From the NCBI GenBank assembly GCA_036172245.1, contig JAYWIR010000012.1:2542001-2606000 (forward strand): a DNA stretch of 64,000 bases, written 5' to 3'. The stretch is from Raillietiella orientalis (taxonomy: Eukaryota). Position numbers and translations under genes: made by a program. Of this stretch, positions 1 through 12,175 are shown in pieces. Numbering within the stretch: position 1 is the stretch's first letter; every line of letters begins with the position of its first letter. The notes below the pieces were generated by a model that saw nothing but the letters and a program-made list of their open reading frames with translations, did no database searches and was not told the DNA's origin.

Positions 1-44
1 CGGAGTCGACGTTCCGGGGAGTTGCACGCACACAGCTGCCCCGG

Positions 45-45
<1 letters not shown>

Positions 46-97
<52 letters not shown>

Positions 98-103
98 GCA
101 GCC
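46..103. repeat. Compound microsatellite (CAT)n followed by (CAG)n
   Basis: Directly visible tandem trinucleotides; source of the poly-I/poly-S ORF 22..258. Confidence 0.95.
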
Positions 104-299
104 ACCTGCTACCTCGCTGGCCTCTCCCGCGCGCGCCGCTGAGGCAGCGTCCGCCGTCGGTGATCCTCCCCTCCTGCTTCCATCCACCTTCGAGGCGCGG
201 CGGCGACCGGGATGCGGCGGGATCAATCACGCGGGAGAGGAAAGGGGCTTCTCCCTAATCTCGTTCCCGGATTCCTCCGCTTCCTCCTCTGGTCCGTAG

Positions 300-392
300 C
301 TGCGTCAGATGGCAAACTTTAAGGCAGATAAATTCCCGCTCATTTAGATAATGAAGAATGGGAAGCTGCGCTGATCGCCTCCAGTTAATTCG
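300..392 (+). other. Candidate non-coding exon (93 nt)
   Basis: CTAAT branch-like motif at 255-259, an AG-free pyrimidine tract, TAG at 297-299 and a perfect GTAAGT donor at 393-398. All three frames contain stops. Confidence 0.3.
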
Positions 393-1799
393 GTAAGTAT
401 GCGGCATAAATCTCCTCCGGGGAAGCTGCTCCTGGATCCGAGGAAAGCGTCTTGGAGTCCCCCTTAAATTGGGAAACTTTTCCGGAGGAAAAGCAAGATT
501 GAAGGATGGGTTCCTCCGGATGACATGATGCGAGCGTCCGTTTCTCCTGGACCACGTGAAATAATAGGTGATAAGGTTGGAACTGCACCCGTTCCGAGGG
601 AATCAAACTTTATTTGTTCTTCGCCTCCCCTCTCCCACCCCTTCCCATCCTCCGGGGGCGTCGCATCCCCTTGTTCACAGGGAATGGTTCTTCGGATGGG
701 AAGGAGGCGGGTGGCATTCCCCTGCCCCACGAAGGGGCTCCAGCCCTTCGCGTCCCACCGACTTCCCTGAGGACCGCCCGTTCCCGTTCGAGGTCTTGGC
801 GCCTCCCCCGCACCCGCGACGTCAGCACGAGAGCTTGCCGGAGGGATCGGACGCAATGTCCAAAGACAGAGGGACCCCACTTCCCTCCTGCTGGCCTCTC
901 TCCGATCCCTCCGGCAGGACTTTCGGAGGAGAAGATCGCTCGACTGCACCGCATTGACGCTCCCGCCAGACCCCGGAGCGGGAGACTCCACAGAACGCCC
1001 CGGTGGTGGCACTGCGGGCCCACTCACCTGGCTGGAACCGGGCTGCACCCACCGTCTCCTCAGAATAATGCCGACCGGACCGGGTCGTGCGGCAGGAAAA
1101 GTTGGGCCGCTTCATCCCCCCTCCCCCCCTTCCGAGGTCGTCGTGGCTCGGCGAAGCGGGCCGGCGTTGCTGTCGGGAGGGGCTGCTCGGGAGGCGTACC
1201 TGCCGGCGGGGCCGACTTCCGGTGCAGAGGAGGAACGGGAGAGCTCCGCGCGCGCGTCGCTGCCGGGAGTCCCTCCGTCCTCGGCAAGGGACTCGTAATG
1301 ATTCCGTAATGATCTGACGATGACAATTAGATGTTGACTACGAGAGCGGTTACAACGGGGAAAAAAGGAAGAGAAGGAAGGGGAGCGGGTTGGCGCGCAC
1401 GCAGCGCCCGGGCTAATCGCCCGCTCCCTGCGCGTCCGGCGTGCGAACGCCACCGCGTTCCCTTTCAAAGAACGGGGCTGTTTGCACTCGGGGGCCGCCG
1501 CCGCGCCTCTGCCTCCCGATCCGAACGGTTCCGCCGCCTTGTCAACAGCGAACTTCCCGTCCTCCTCGCAGGCTCTCGCTGTGCGGGGAGCGGGAAAAGG
1601 GGAGAAGGAGGGAAGAAGAAAAAAAAAAAGGCAGCCGAAAGGATTACGGAGATGAAAATTTGCAAACAGCCGCCGCCGCGATCGTCCTCGAGCTGAGCTC
1701 GGGCGGTTCCCAGCTGTTGCGCGCGCTCGGGCTGTCCTCCCACCGAGAAGGGCGGAAGAAGCCTCTCTCCTCGACCGGGCGTGCGCCTAAGGACGCCTC

Positions 1800-3400
1800 T
1801 TAGCTCGCGCCAGCGCCCCGAGCAGCCGCCACGCGAGGTGGCGCGTCCGTCACTTGGGTGCCACAGCGAGTTCCACCGGTAGCTCGGAGAGGCGGCAGTG
1901 GAACGCGTTTGTGGGACAGCGGCGCAACCACGGGTAGGGTGGGAGGACCTCGCTGCCCAATCCGAGCGGGCGGGCGGACCCTTTGGAGGCAGCCTGGACG
2001 CACGGCATCGCATGCTTGGGTCCATGCGAGCAGCCATAAAATCCAGGAAGGTTCTGGAAGGAGGCATCCGCTCCTCTTACGCTTGGGAGGGGAACCCTCG
2101 CCCTGGTGGTCTCCGACGGGAACCCCGAAGGGAACCTCTTCCTTGTTCTCTCCAGAGGAACTCCTGGAACGGGCTACTCCTCATTTCTTCTTCAAAGGGA
2201 ACCCGGAAAGAATCCGCTCCTGAAATTTCCTCTCCAAAAGGACCTCCCGGAAAGGATCCGCTCCTTTCTTTCTCCTCTAAAGAGATTCCCGAAGGAGCGC
2301 TCCCCAATTTTTCTGAAGGGCGCTTTCTGAAGGGACTCTGGTAGCTTCTTAACGCTCTGGAGACGCCATTCCCTGAGGGGGGCATCAATCATCTCCGTAG
2401 AACGCGATGGAGCCCCCCCTTCCGAGGGAGGAAAGACGGCTCCATTTTCACAATCGGGGGGGAACCCTGAAGGGCTCTTCGATTCCTGGAAGGACCTAGG
2501 AGGGTCAACTTTCAATACTGGGCGGTCAACAAGGGTATCCGGCTTCCCGCTGATCCAGCACCCGAAGCCCATGGACCAACCAGCGTCGTCCTGTGGGGAG
2601 ACTCGAAATTCACGATGCACCCCCTCGATTCTTTCCCCGGGAGAGATTCGAACCCGTGACGCTCGGTGCGGAGCGCGGAGGCCGCAACCGCCAACCCCCA
2701 GAAGGGGAAGAAGGGGGGAGGTCCACCGACTTTGCATGAACTGCTTCTTCTTGACGAAGAGAACGGTGGGATGAAATCCTCTCACCTGCTGACTCCGCGG
2801 TTTTCTGGTTTCCGGAGGCTCCTCCCTCTTCGAGATGCGAGCAGAACCGGATGTAACTGGACCAGACAGAGATCCTGGATCCGGGACGATTTCCCGTTCT
2901 GCCCTCTCCCCCTGGTGGTGCATGGTGATGGCCACACGCCCTCGCGAGATGAAGGCGAAGAACGGAATTTTCTTGCGGCGAAACATCGCTTCCCGCTGGG
3001 GTCCTTTCCTCCTGCCCAGAGAACACGAACTTTCGACGTCGACCGGACCGTGCAGGAACTTGCACCCGGGGTGCAGCTCCTGACTTTTCATCCGAGTTTG
3101 CTGGTCGTCGATCGCTTCGGTGACCACTCCGCCGATGGAGCGCCCCTCCCTGGTCAGCAGCTGCGCGGAGCAGCCTTCCTCCCAACGTAACCCGGCTAAC
3201 GCCGGCGTCCACATAGCCCCTCGATCCCGGGTCTGTCGCCGGCTTTCTGCTCGTCCGGGCGGGGCAGAAGGTCCTTGGCGTCGTCCCTCGCCCACAGTGG
3301 CCCCTCGGTGCATCTCTCCGGTCGGATGCGCGAGGAGGAGGAACGTCCCGTTCCTTCCACGAGGTGGCAGAGCGTCCTTCCCGGTTACAGGAACCTCTGC
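1800..3400 (-). mobile_element. Degenerate Ty3/gypsy pol (RT to RNase H), family G copy 1, with tandem module inside RNase H
   Basis: Minus-strand translation shows collinear motifs: VTEAIDDQQTRMKSQELH (~YIDD...SEEH, ~3104-3115), MFRRKKIPFF, EIVPDP, QVRGFHPTVLF...SPLLPLL (thumb), DDAGWSMGFG (~TDAS..GLG). After the module come KGPPARSDW and VTDAPPR (~VADALSR). Confidence 0.7.
2036..2595. repeat. Dispersed repeat module A (degenerate ~36-40 bp tandem units plus adjoining RNase H N-terminal segment), copy 1
   Basis: Clear nucleotide similarity to 20341-20935, 21091-21485 and the reverse complements of 26870-27330 and 46255-46725. About six units resembling TCTCCGRAGGGAACYCCGRAAGGRNCCGCTCC lie at ~2110-2345. 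Confidence 0.85.
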
Positions 3401-5599
3401 TTCTAATCCTCCCTTCCTCCTCTTCCTTCTTCTTCTTCCCTCCCTTTTTCCTCCTCTTTCCCTCTTCGACGCGCCCGTTACGATTTTCATCGCCGATTCC
3501 GCTCCCATTGGCAGCGGAACGCCTTCCCAGAAGGGAATCACTCGGTGATTTATTCCCCCCTGCCTGAGGGGTTCGGAGCCGTCGAGTTGGGCCGCGGCGG
3601 AGCTTCTGCGGCGCGACCAAAGCTGCCAGCGCCGGTGCGATCTTCGCCTGTTACCACGACCGAACAAATTTGTTTTTCCTCTTTTCTGTTTGTGCGCTTG
3701 AGGGGAGCAGAGCGACACACATCCTGTCGGGGCTTTCCTTCTCGATTATTCCGCAAGACCCCTCCTTCCTTTTTCGCTCCAGAGGAAGGAGGAACCTGCT
3801 TAATTGGAGGGACGGCCAGGTACAATGGACGAACGTTCCGGGCGAGGAGGACAGGGAGCAGGAAGGGAGAGCTCTGGGAATCGGGGAGGCGGCCACGGGT
3901 ACCGAAGCCTTCCTTCGCGAGAGGAAGGGGGAGAGGGGAGCGCGTGGGGTACCCCACCCTGACCTGCCGCCAGCAGCCCTTGCCCGCAACCGCTCCACTC
4001 CCGGCGCGCTCGTCCTACTCCTGCGACGCGCGTTCACCCTGCCCTCCCGTCTGCATCCGCCTCCCGCCACCGTTGGGTCACGGCGGCGGGCGGGGGCGCG
4101 CGCCGGCAGCCGGGAAGCTGCCTGTTCGTGCGCGCGCCCTCCTCGCAACGTGAGTAGGCAGAAAAGGAGCAACAGCGACCGTTGTCCGAGCGATGCCACC
4201 GTTGGCGGCGGCGAGAGGATCGAAAGGGATGGTGGCCCGCTCGCTCGCGGCACGGGCGCGTGCGCCCCCTGCGAGGGAAGAAACCTCAAAAGGTCGTTTC
4301 GAGGAGCGAGTCGTCCGCGTCGCTTTCCTCATCCTCATTTACCTCCCATCGTCGCTTCTTTGTTCTGCCTCTTTCGCGACCCTCCTTGTCTGTTACTTTG
4401 TCTAAAAGAAAAAAGAAAAAAAGAGGAAAAAGGGAAGCTGGGATTCTTGCTTCTGTTGTCTCTGCTTTGTTTGTTTTTTGTTTGTGTTTTTGTTTTTTTT
4501 AAAAAAACAAAAAAATACACACACAACGTAGTCACGAAGAGTTTTTGACGCCGCCAGGCGGGCAGACAAGGCGACTCCGAAGTGTCAGCCAAACACAAGC
4601 GGCGCAAATTGCGAATGGGCGCAGCAGCCTCGCTCGCTGAAGTCCCTTTTGTGCGTCTTTGTAACAGGCGAAGAAAAGGAGGCGTTCGACCTTCTCCTCC
4701 TCCTCCGACTGGAGCGGAGGGCAAGTCCTACGGACCGCCTTCCGGCCTTCCTCCTTCCGTTGCACCCAGCTCGACCCGAGAAGAGAAGCCGAAGATTCCG
4801 TTCCGGTGACACCACAGAGAGGGGGAGGGCTGTGCTCGGGAACTGGGAGAGGAGAGGGGGAGCCCAGGTTGGAGTCGCGCAACGGATCTCTTGGGTCATC
4901 AGCCTCGAAGCCCGCGAGGCGCGGTTCCCCCCCCCCCCCCCCCTTTCGCCAGCGAGCTGCGAAGAACGGAACAAGGGATGGAAGGGGAGCCGATGAGGCG
5001 GGCCCTTTGGGACGGAAGGGCTGGAGGGAGGCTTCCGAAGCGAGCTTGGGTGCGTACGTGGGTGGCTGGGCGCACGCGCGGACTTGGGTGCGAGGGGAAT
5101 TCCATCCCTGCTCTCCGAGGTTTCGAGTGCCACCGGGCCACTCTATGAAGCGCCGCACCCCCTTCGCTCCCACCCCCACCCCCACAAGAAATATATGGCC
5201 TCTGGGAGGGACGTCCATCCACCTGACGGAGGACGACACTTCTGGACCTGTTGAAAGACATTTCTTTCAGCTGCGGACCGCTGCCGTCCTGCACGCCGAG
5301 GGGAGAGGGAAGGGCAAGTCCGCAGCTGCAGCTTCTGAGGGTCCCCCCGGACTCGGGGCTACCTCATCCTCCGCCTCCGGCGGTATCGCGTCTCTCGCAC
5401 GCCGCGAAGGCCGTTTCCCTCCAGCTCGCAGCGCAAGGAGAACCGTGGATCGCGAGAGCGACCTGGTTCCCGGAGGACCCAGGATAGCTGGTAATGCTCG
5501 CGTCCTCAGGATTTCGAAAATTCATCCCCGATAGGTTGGGGAACGGATGAGGGAGGGAGAGAAGGAAGCAGCTGTTCCCGTCGTTCCTTGATCTGCCCG

Positions 5600-7430
5600 G
5601 TCCTCCGGAACGTTTGTGGTCGGCAAGCAGGAAGGAGTGTCTGCAAGAAGGATAGTCGTGAGGCAACTCGTGCGCGCCGAAGGACGGGTCAGCGGGTCCA
5701 CTTGTCGCTAGGGAGGACCGGGAAGGGAGGTCAGCTGACGTCACCGCGTCCCTGCTCTGGCCTTTGCTACTCTGCTTCCGCCAATGCGGGTGCCCCATTC
5801 CTTACCACCCCTCTTATTCCCTTTTTTCCTTCGGAAGACAGCTGCTACGTGGACCTCTAGAGCCTCCCACCGCGGCTATCGTGTCCTCAGGACGAGGATG
5901 GTCGTTCCGGAAAGAAAACGGGGAGGGCACTCCCTGCCGGACGGTTGGGGAAGGTCTTTCTTCCTCCTCTTCCCACGGCTCCAAGGAAGCCCTTTCGGGT
6001 TCTTTCAGCCTTTCCCCATCATGGACCCCATTCCTGTCCGTCCACCTACCCTTTCGCGTGAGCCCTGCCACAGGACCCGCTATCGTGCGGGTCTCCGCCC
6101 GCCTTTTCGGAGGAGACGGAGAGACTCCGGGGTCGCTCGTCTTCTCAGCCACGTATCTGCCACATGAAGGAGGGGGAGAATTTGCTCTTCACTCGTATTT
6201 CTCCGCAAGAAGGCGCTTTTCAGGCTGAGGACCAGAACCTCTGGCGCAGTCCCGAAGAGGCAGCGCCACGGAAGACCAGCAGGACTGGAGGGCGGAGATG
6301 CGGCGCTTTCCTTCGCGCGCTCGGATTCCAGAAGAGATTCCCGACTCAGTTCTCTGGGGTCCAGGGACCGGCTGTTAGCTCCTGCAATGTCGGAAGGCTT
6401 CTTTCCTCTCCTTCTTTCTCCTGTTCTTCTTCCCCGTGAATCGTCGGCAGCGCCCGCGCGTTCCGTCATGAGAGGAGGGGGGACTAGGGAGGGAAGTGGG
6501 CCCCCGAAGACTGCGCTCGCGCCGCTGGCACTGAGAATCAGCTTTGTGCGTAGGTCCGGGATCTCTTGCAAGGTTTTCGCCACGTCGATAAATCACCGTC
6601 ACGTCTTCCAAGCTGACACGCTTTCCCAAGGAGCGTCCCTCTCACCGGAACTAGGTTCTCTTCTCCCCTCCCCCCGCCTCTCTTCCTTCCAAGCGAAGCG
6701 TTTTCGGCAGGATCCCCTCGTGCGTCCCGGCTGCCTTCCGCAAAGGCGAGGCGGGAGTGAAACGCGCGCAGCCCAGTCCTCCGCGCGTCTTCTCGGAGCG
6801 CCCCGGTAGGGAAGAGGAATTTCAGCACGCTACAGTCCTTGGATCGCGGCAGCTTCCGCTGAAGTCCCAAAAGGGGACGTCCTCGGGAAGGGAAAGGAAA
6901 AGAGGAGGGGGATGGGGGGGAAAAGATGTGCGGATCCATCAGTAGCGCTGCGTTCTCTCAGTCTGGCACGATGATGGAGGCTGCAAGAGGGTCGCCTCCA
7001 CCACTCCGGTGAGCACTTCCGCTCTCCCCGCGGGGCGGCAGCGGCAGCGCATCCTCCTCCTGGGGACACTTGAGAGGACCCTTTCGCTTTCCGCCCCGGA
7101 TGACGATGAGGGGTTTCCAGGCAACGGCACCTCCCGCTGGATGCGGACCTTCCCTCGGCCGTCGGGAAGCCGGCGAACGAGCGATCTTCTCCCCCACCCC
7201 TTCGCAATACAAGCGCGCACATGCCCCGGGCGCTCGTCGCCCTCGAGCCGGGCGCCTTTCCCGCGCGAGAATCGCGAGGCGAAGAACGAGGAGCCAGGGT
7301 TTCCGTGGACGGGAGCAGAAGGATCGCCCAGCGAGTGATCCGGCTTCGCGTGCTCACTGGTCACGAGGGAAGCGGGAGAGAGGGGATGCTGAGCGGGGAG
7401 CGCGCAGCCCTGTGCGTCCGGACGTCAGGA
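5600..7430 (+). mobile_element. Degenerate non-LTR retrotransposon ORF2 (APE endonuclease, linker, RT N-terminus), Jockey/I-like
   Basis: Collinear remnants: RNVCG (~WN..G), RGYRVLRTR...RGG, VFSATYLPH (~S.Y.PP), EGAFQAEDQNLW (~GDFNA.H..W), FPTQF, SPVLL (~SDH.PVLL), SAPDDDEG (~KAPG.DG), PFPRENREAK (~FP..WK.AK). Confidence 0.6.
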
Positions 7431-9247
7431 ATGCGCGAGGTCATGCGATAGCCGGAAGGGGGGAGGGGGAGGAGGGAAGCACGCAAAGACGACGCGCCGA
7501 AGATGGCGCACGCGCTCGTCTGTTCGTCGTCGTCGTCGGTGCCGCTCCCGGATTCTGGGGAAAGCTCGGAAGATGCTCCGGAGAATCTCCTTCCAGAAAA
7601 ATCCACCGATTCGAAAAAGAAGGAAGTGGAGGAGGAAGAGGGAGGGAGGAGGAAATCAGAATGAACGATCGGAACGTACACGAGCGATCCCGAAACATCC
7701 CGAATCGGCTTCCTCCCTCCTCTCCCTCGAACCAGGACTCTAGTTTCATTTACTCGAACACGAGAGATACGTGAAAGCTGGCTCGTCGTCGCGATGGAGA
7801 CGGAGGCGCCTCCGATCGGCGAGCGATGAGACATCACCATGGGATGCGCGTTCATCCGTCTGAACAAACTCTTTCGCGTTCGGATTCCCCCATCCCCGGA
7901 GTGGGGTACACCGGAAAAGTGTCTGCAGCTGAAACAAATGATCTTTGCTGTTTCCAAAAGCGGGATTTCACGGAGACTTCTCTCTCCACCCCCTCTCTCT
8001 CCCGCGACTCCTGTGCGCGTGTGCCGTGAACGGGAAGATCCACTTCTGCTCCTCGGAGCGCCCTCGGAAGAGAGGACGCGCCGCGCCGCTCCGGGACTCG
8101 CATCTGCTCGGGAAGTCCGGGTGCCGCCGCCGTCCGGGGAAACGCCGCTGCTCTCGGGTCCCCGGAGCAAACTGTCAACAAATCGCATCCATCACAACGG
8201 GAAATGATACATCGCTAGCATCAGCGCGGGCGCTGAAGGATGAGGAAGGACCGCGCGGCGCAACGCGGTCCGCCCGCACCGGACGGACGCGGTGGCAGCG
8301 GCGCGGGTCGCCTTGAACGGTCGGAAGCCGAAGGCGCAGCAGTCCTCTTCTGGGCGGAGAGCCCGTCCTGTCGATCCCGGCGGAGGGACTCCTTCTCGCT
8401 GCGTCGGGACGCCTGGAGTGGACTGCCCGCCCGGTTCGCGCCACTCGCGCCAGCCCCGCTTACCGCGGAGAGAGACGGCGGCTCTTCCGCCGCGAGTCGC
8501 GCCCATGCCAGGAACATCCCGGGCAGACGCCAGCCGGAAGGTGGGAGCGGAAAGAAGCGAGCGAGTCCCTGCGCGGAGAACCCGGCTGTGAAGGGGGAGG
8601 GGGGAGCAGGGGGGAACCTCCGCCTCCTTTTTATTGTTTGCGGGCGCCGCTGTTCTTTTCGGCGGTGCAAACGGGCGGCTCGGCCCTTTTTGTGTTGCCT
8701 CCCCATGGCGCGCGCCCGCCCTCCCGCCCGCTCCTCGCCGATGAAGACGCGGCAGCAGCAGCTCTTCCTGTCGCCGCCATGGTCCCCCATCAACGGAACG
8801 TGACGCGTGGTTCGCGTGCAGAGTGGCTGTGCCGGAGGCGGCAGATGCATTCGCGGGATGTTGCGGCGAAAACAAAACGAAAAAAAGGGGACGAAAAAGT
8901 GATCGCAGGAGAAGGACGAACCACTCTGGGGGGCTCCCACGACTTGCTGCTGCTGACACTGCGTCTGGAAATCCCTGCTGAGAGGAAGCCGCGCCGGCGG
9001 TCGCCCGTCTTTGCGTCTCAACTCGGGCGCGCATGCGATGCACCGCGAGGAGACCCTCGGCATGGCCCGAAAGTCTCCCAGAGGTCAGCAGGGGGCTTCC
9101 GGTTTAAGGAAGTGGGAGGAAACGAACAAGTCCCTGCTCGGAACGGAGGGCAGACGGGAGAAGACGGGGAGAAGGAACGGGTTTGTGTTCCCACCGGATG
9201 GGAAGCCTCGCAGGCAGCCACGGGAGGACGTGGAGGAGGAGGGGGGA

Positions 9248-9306
9248 GGGAGAGGCAGACATCCTGTCGATATCACGCCTGCCATCAGCAGGAGCGCGCA
9301 GCTTCC
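9248..9306 (+). repeat. Short direct repeat, copy 1 (partner at 12119-12175)
   Basis: 24 identical nt GGGAGAGGCAGACATCCTGTCGAT, then similar CACGCC.GCCA.C.GCAGG.GCGCGCAGCTTCC. Confidence 0.9.
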
Positions 9307-9699
9307 GTCTCCGTCGATTCGAGCTGACCGGATCGGCGGCCGTCGTGACCGACCTGTTCGCCTCCCCTCCCGTGCCTTGCCAGTGGTGGTGCGGCGGCGA
9401 CGACCGCCTCGGGGACGCTCCTGCCTCTCCCGCGTGTTTGGGAAGCGCGCACGGGTCATTCTCGTGCTTCCTCCCTCCTCCCCGGCCACGCGGCAGAGAG
9501 CCTCCCTCCTGTTCTTTCCCGAACGGCTCTCATCGTCTTCGCGAGCGGTGCCCGGTTCCTCGTCTCTGGAGTTTCTGAAGATTCTCGTGCCCCGAGGCCA
9601 TCGCAGTTCCCCTCACAATTCTGCCCCCCTTTCCTGAAGCTCTTGAAGTTCCCGTCCACCGACACACCGCAGTCTCCGCCTCCCGATCTCCGAAGAACT

Positions 9700-11740
9700 C
9701 TTCCTCCCTACCCCTCTTCCTTGGAGCGGAAGCCCCCTACCGGTCTTCGGGAAAACTTTCCAGCCGTGAGGGAGGTCTTCAAGTACGCCCTCGATCCCTC
9801 TCCACGAAACCGTCATGGCGGCTGAGGCGAGACCCGTCATGGAGGGTCTCACCGGCGCCTTTGTGGTTAAGAATCCGGGAAGAATCCCTCCCCGCATTGA
9901 GCCGCGCGAAGGAGGTCCCATCCTCCTTCAGCAAGAGGAGTGTCGCCTCCGCAGAGGGGATCCCTTGTCTTTGCAGAACCCTGCCGAGACGCGGGCGTGG
10001 TGCTCAAGCAGGAAGAGGAGGGCGCGGGAGCGAACTCCCGAAAGGAGAGACCGAGAGAGCTCCGACCTGCAGTGGACGCGATTAGCGGGTGGCGCGTGAA
10101 GCAGCGCGATGCGAGAGAGGAAGGAGGGTGGGAGAGAGAGCGGCGAGCAAGGAGACTCGCGAAGAGAGGGCGGGAACTGCGGGAACGCTCCTTCATATCA
10201 CGGGAAGCATCCCTTCTTGCCAGGGATGCAGGCAGAGTGTCCTCGGGGAGCTACAGCAGACGAGAGGCGACGGGGAGGTGTCGGACGGTCGGCGAGTCGA
10301 TCTCCCTCTCCCCTTGAAGCCCGCAGCACGTCTGGAAGCTCGCAGCGCCACCGCGGAGGGAGAGAAGAAGGCGAACGGGAAGGACAAAAAAAGTCCTCGC
10401 CCGGTCGGACCCGCGGCCGCTCTGCGCCACTCCTGACTCGGAGAAGGAACCGCGCGGTCCTCGGATGGCACAGAACCCGGTGCGACGCCCTCCCCTCCTA
10501 TCCGTCTTTACCGCCTACCCTCCGTCTTCCGTGAGGTTCCCCCCGCAGAGAGACAAGGGGAGGGGGAGCAGGCGTAGGCGCCCAGGATGCGGGGGTGGAG
10601 CGAGGAAGGGCTCGGCGGACAGAGGAGACGGGTGGGAGGGGAGAAGAGGGTGGCAGACCATCGGCAGGTCCGGCTCGAGCCCTTTCTTCTCCCTCCCGGA
10701 GGCGCGCTCTGCCCATTCGCTGGCGCCCCGTTCTAGGAGAGAACCGTTCGCTGGGCCGATGATCAGAAGGACGCGCGCCTCCCGCGCGAGGCATCCTGGG
10801 GACCGGTTGGGGGAAAGTGGGGCTGAAGTGCGCACACCGACGGGGCAGATGGCCTTCTGGGTCTCCAAACAAACCCGCCGCCGCCACTTCCACGCCATCC
10901 AAGACCCATTTGAAGGACGGGCAGCCCCAAAGCAAACAAATCAGAGTGCTGGTTCCCCGGGCTTCACCGGGCGGCCGCTTCCTTAAGCAGTGGTGCCGGG
11001 GGAGGGAATCCGCCAGGCGCCGTCTTCCCAGCAAAGACCTCCCGCGCCGCTCGATCACGAGTCGATGCTCGCCATCGAGTACGCATCGTTCCGTGACTCC
11101 TGGACGGCCCTGGAACGGGGAGGAAGAATGGCCATTACCCCAATGGAGGAGTCCAGACGGTCCAGTCCCTCCTACCTTTCTCCTCCCGCCGAGAGGAAGG
11201 GACGCCGGAGTGGCCTCCGCCTTCAGATCGACGCCCCATCCCGTCTCGGTGGCAACCCCCTCAAGAAAGCAGGACAAAAGTCGAAGGAGACGACCGGCTC
11301 CTCCGGCAGGAAACCTCAAGATGAAAAGAAGAAAGGGGAAGGAGAGCTGGGAGACGAGGTGCCGAGTGCCATGGGAGAAGGGCATGAGAGATCGTCGAGG
11401 ACGTCTCAGCCGGGTCACCTCAGGTCTCGCTACCTGTATCTGCTGCTTCGGGAAAAAGAGTGAAAGAACGGGGGTAGGGAAAGAGGGGAACTCGGGCGAC
11501 GGAACGGTTCCTCCCGGCATCCCGCACCGGGGGAAGGGAGACAGAGGGAGGGTTCACGAAAGGGTTGCCTCTCGATGCCCTTGGCTGCTCCTAACGGGCA
11601 GTTAGGGGCTGGCTTGAAGCCGCGCGAGGCGTCCCGGGGAGATCGCTCTCCTGGTGCGAAGGAGGCCAAGAGATCCAGCACTGACCCAAGGGGTCCCTCT
11701 TGCATTGGCGGAAAGTGCCCTCTGCTGGGAGTCCTTCCTG
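9700..11740 (+). mobile_element. Degenerate Ty3/gypsy pol (RT to RNase H)
   Basis: VRTPTGQMAF/GL..N.PAAT (~TP.G..MPFGL.NAPAT), VPGEGIRQAP, LRLQIDAPSRLG (~LQTDAS..GLG), SSRT...SRY...REKE. The part upstream of ~10800 is weakly supported. Confidence 0.55.
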
Positions 11741-12118
11741 CGCGGCGGAGACCGCACTCAGGTGCCGCTGCGCTAAGGAGAGTCCTGGCTCTTCCAATTC
11801 TTCCTCCTCACTCGGTGCCCTTGCCCGAGAGGAAGAGAGGGGTAGGGGGAGGAAGAGGAAAGGAAAACGGGGATGAGTGCGCGCGTCCACCGGCTCGCTC
11901 GCCCCGCACCCTCCGCGGCGTCGGCGCGGAACGCCCGAGTTCTCCTCGCGGGAATTTTCCTCCGAAAGATTTATCGCCCGTGCTCCTGACATCAGCAGCT
12001 TCATCTTTCACGGATGGTTCCGACGCGGAGGCGAGCCCTCCTGTCATAACATTTCGGCTCACAGCCACTCCTTCGTAGGCAGCCGCGGGAGGAAGAAAAG
12101 GAGGAGGAGGAGGAGGCA

Positions 12119-12175
12119 GGGAGAGGCAGACATCCTGTCGATCACGCCCGCCAGCGGCAGGGGCGCGCAGCTTCC
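12119..12175 (+). repeat. Short direct repeat, copy 2
   Basis: Matches 9248-9306; both copies follow a GGA-rich polypurine run. Confidence 0.9.

Noticed and set aside
2090..2350. ~36-40 bp repeated units as a CRISPR array
   Set aside because: The units are contiguous and degenerate with no unique spacers, there are no cas genes, and the context is eukaryotic.
2192..3718. 508-aa ORF, and other long ORFs such as 36134..37333 and 47692..48801, as functional genes
   Set aside because: They are R/G/P/S-rich products expected from GC-rich DNA. The only recognisable motifs are degraded retrotransposon ones with broken catalytic residues.
7762..7785. Resemblance to bantam/miR-81 (GAGATACGTGAAAGCTG)
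   Set aside because: The seed GAGATC is not matched and I see no precursor hairpin.
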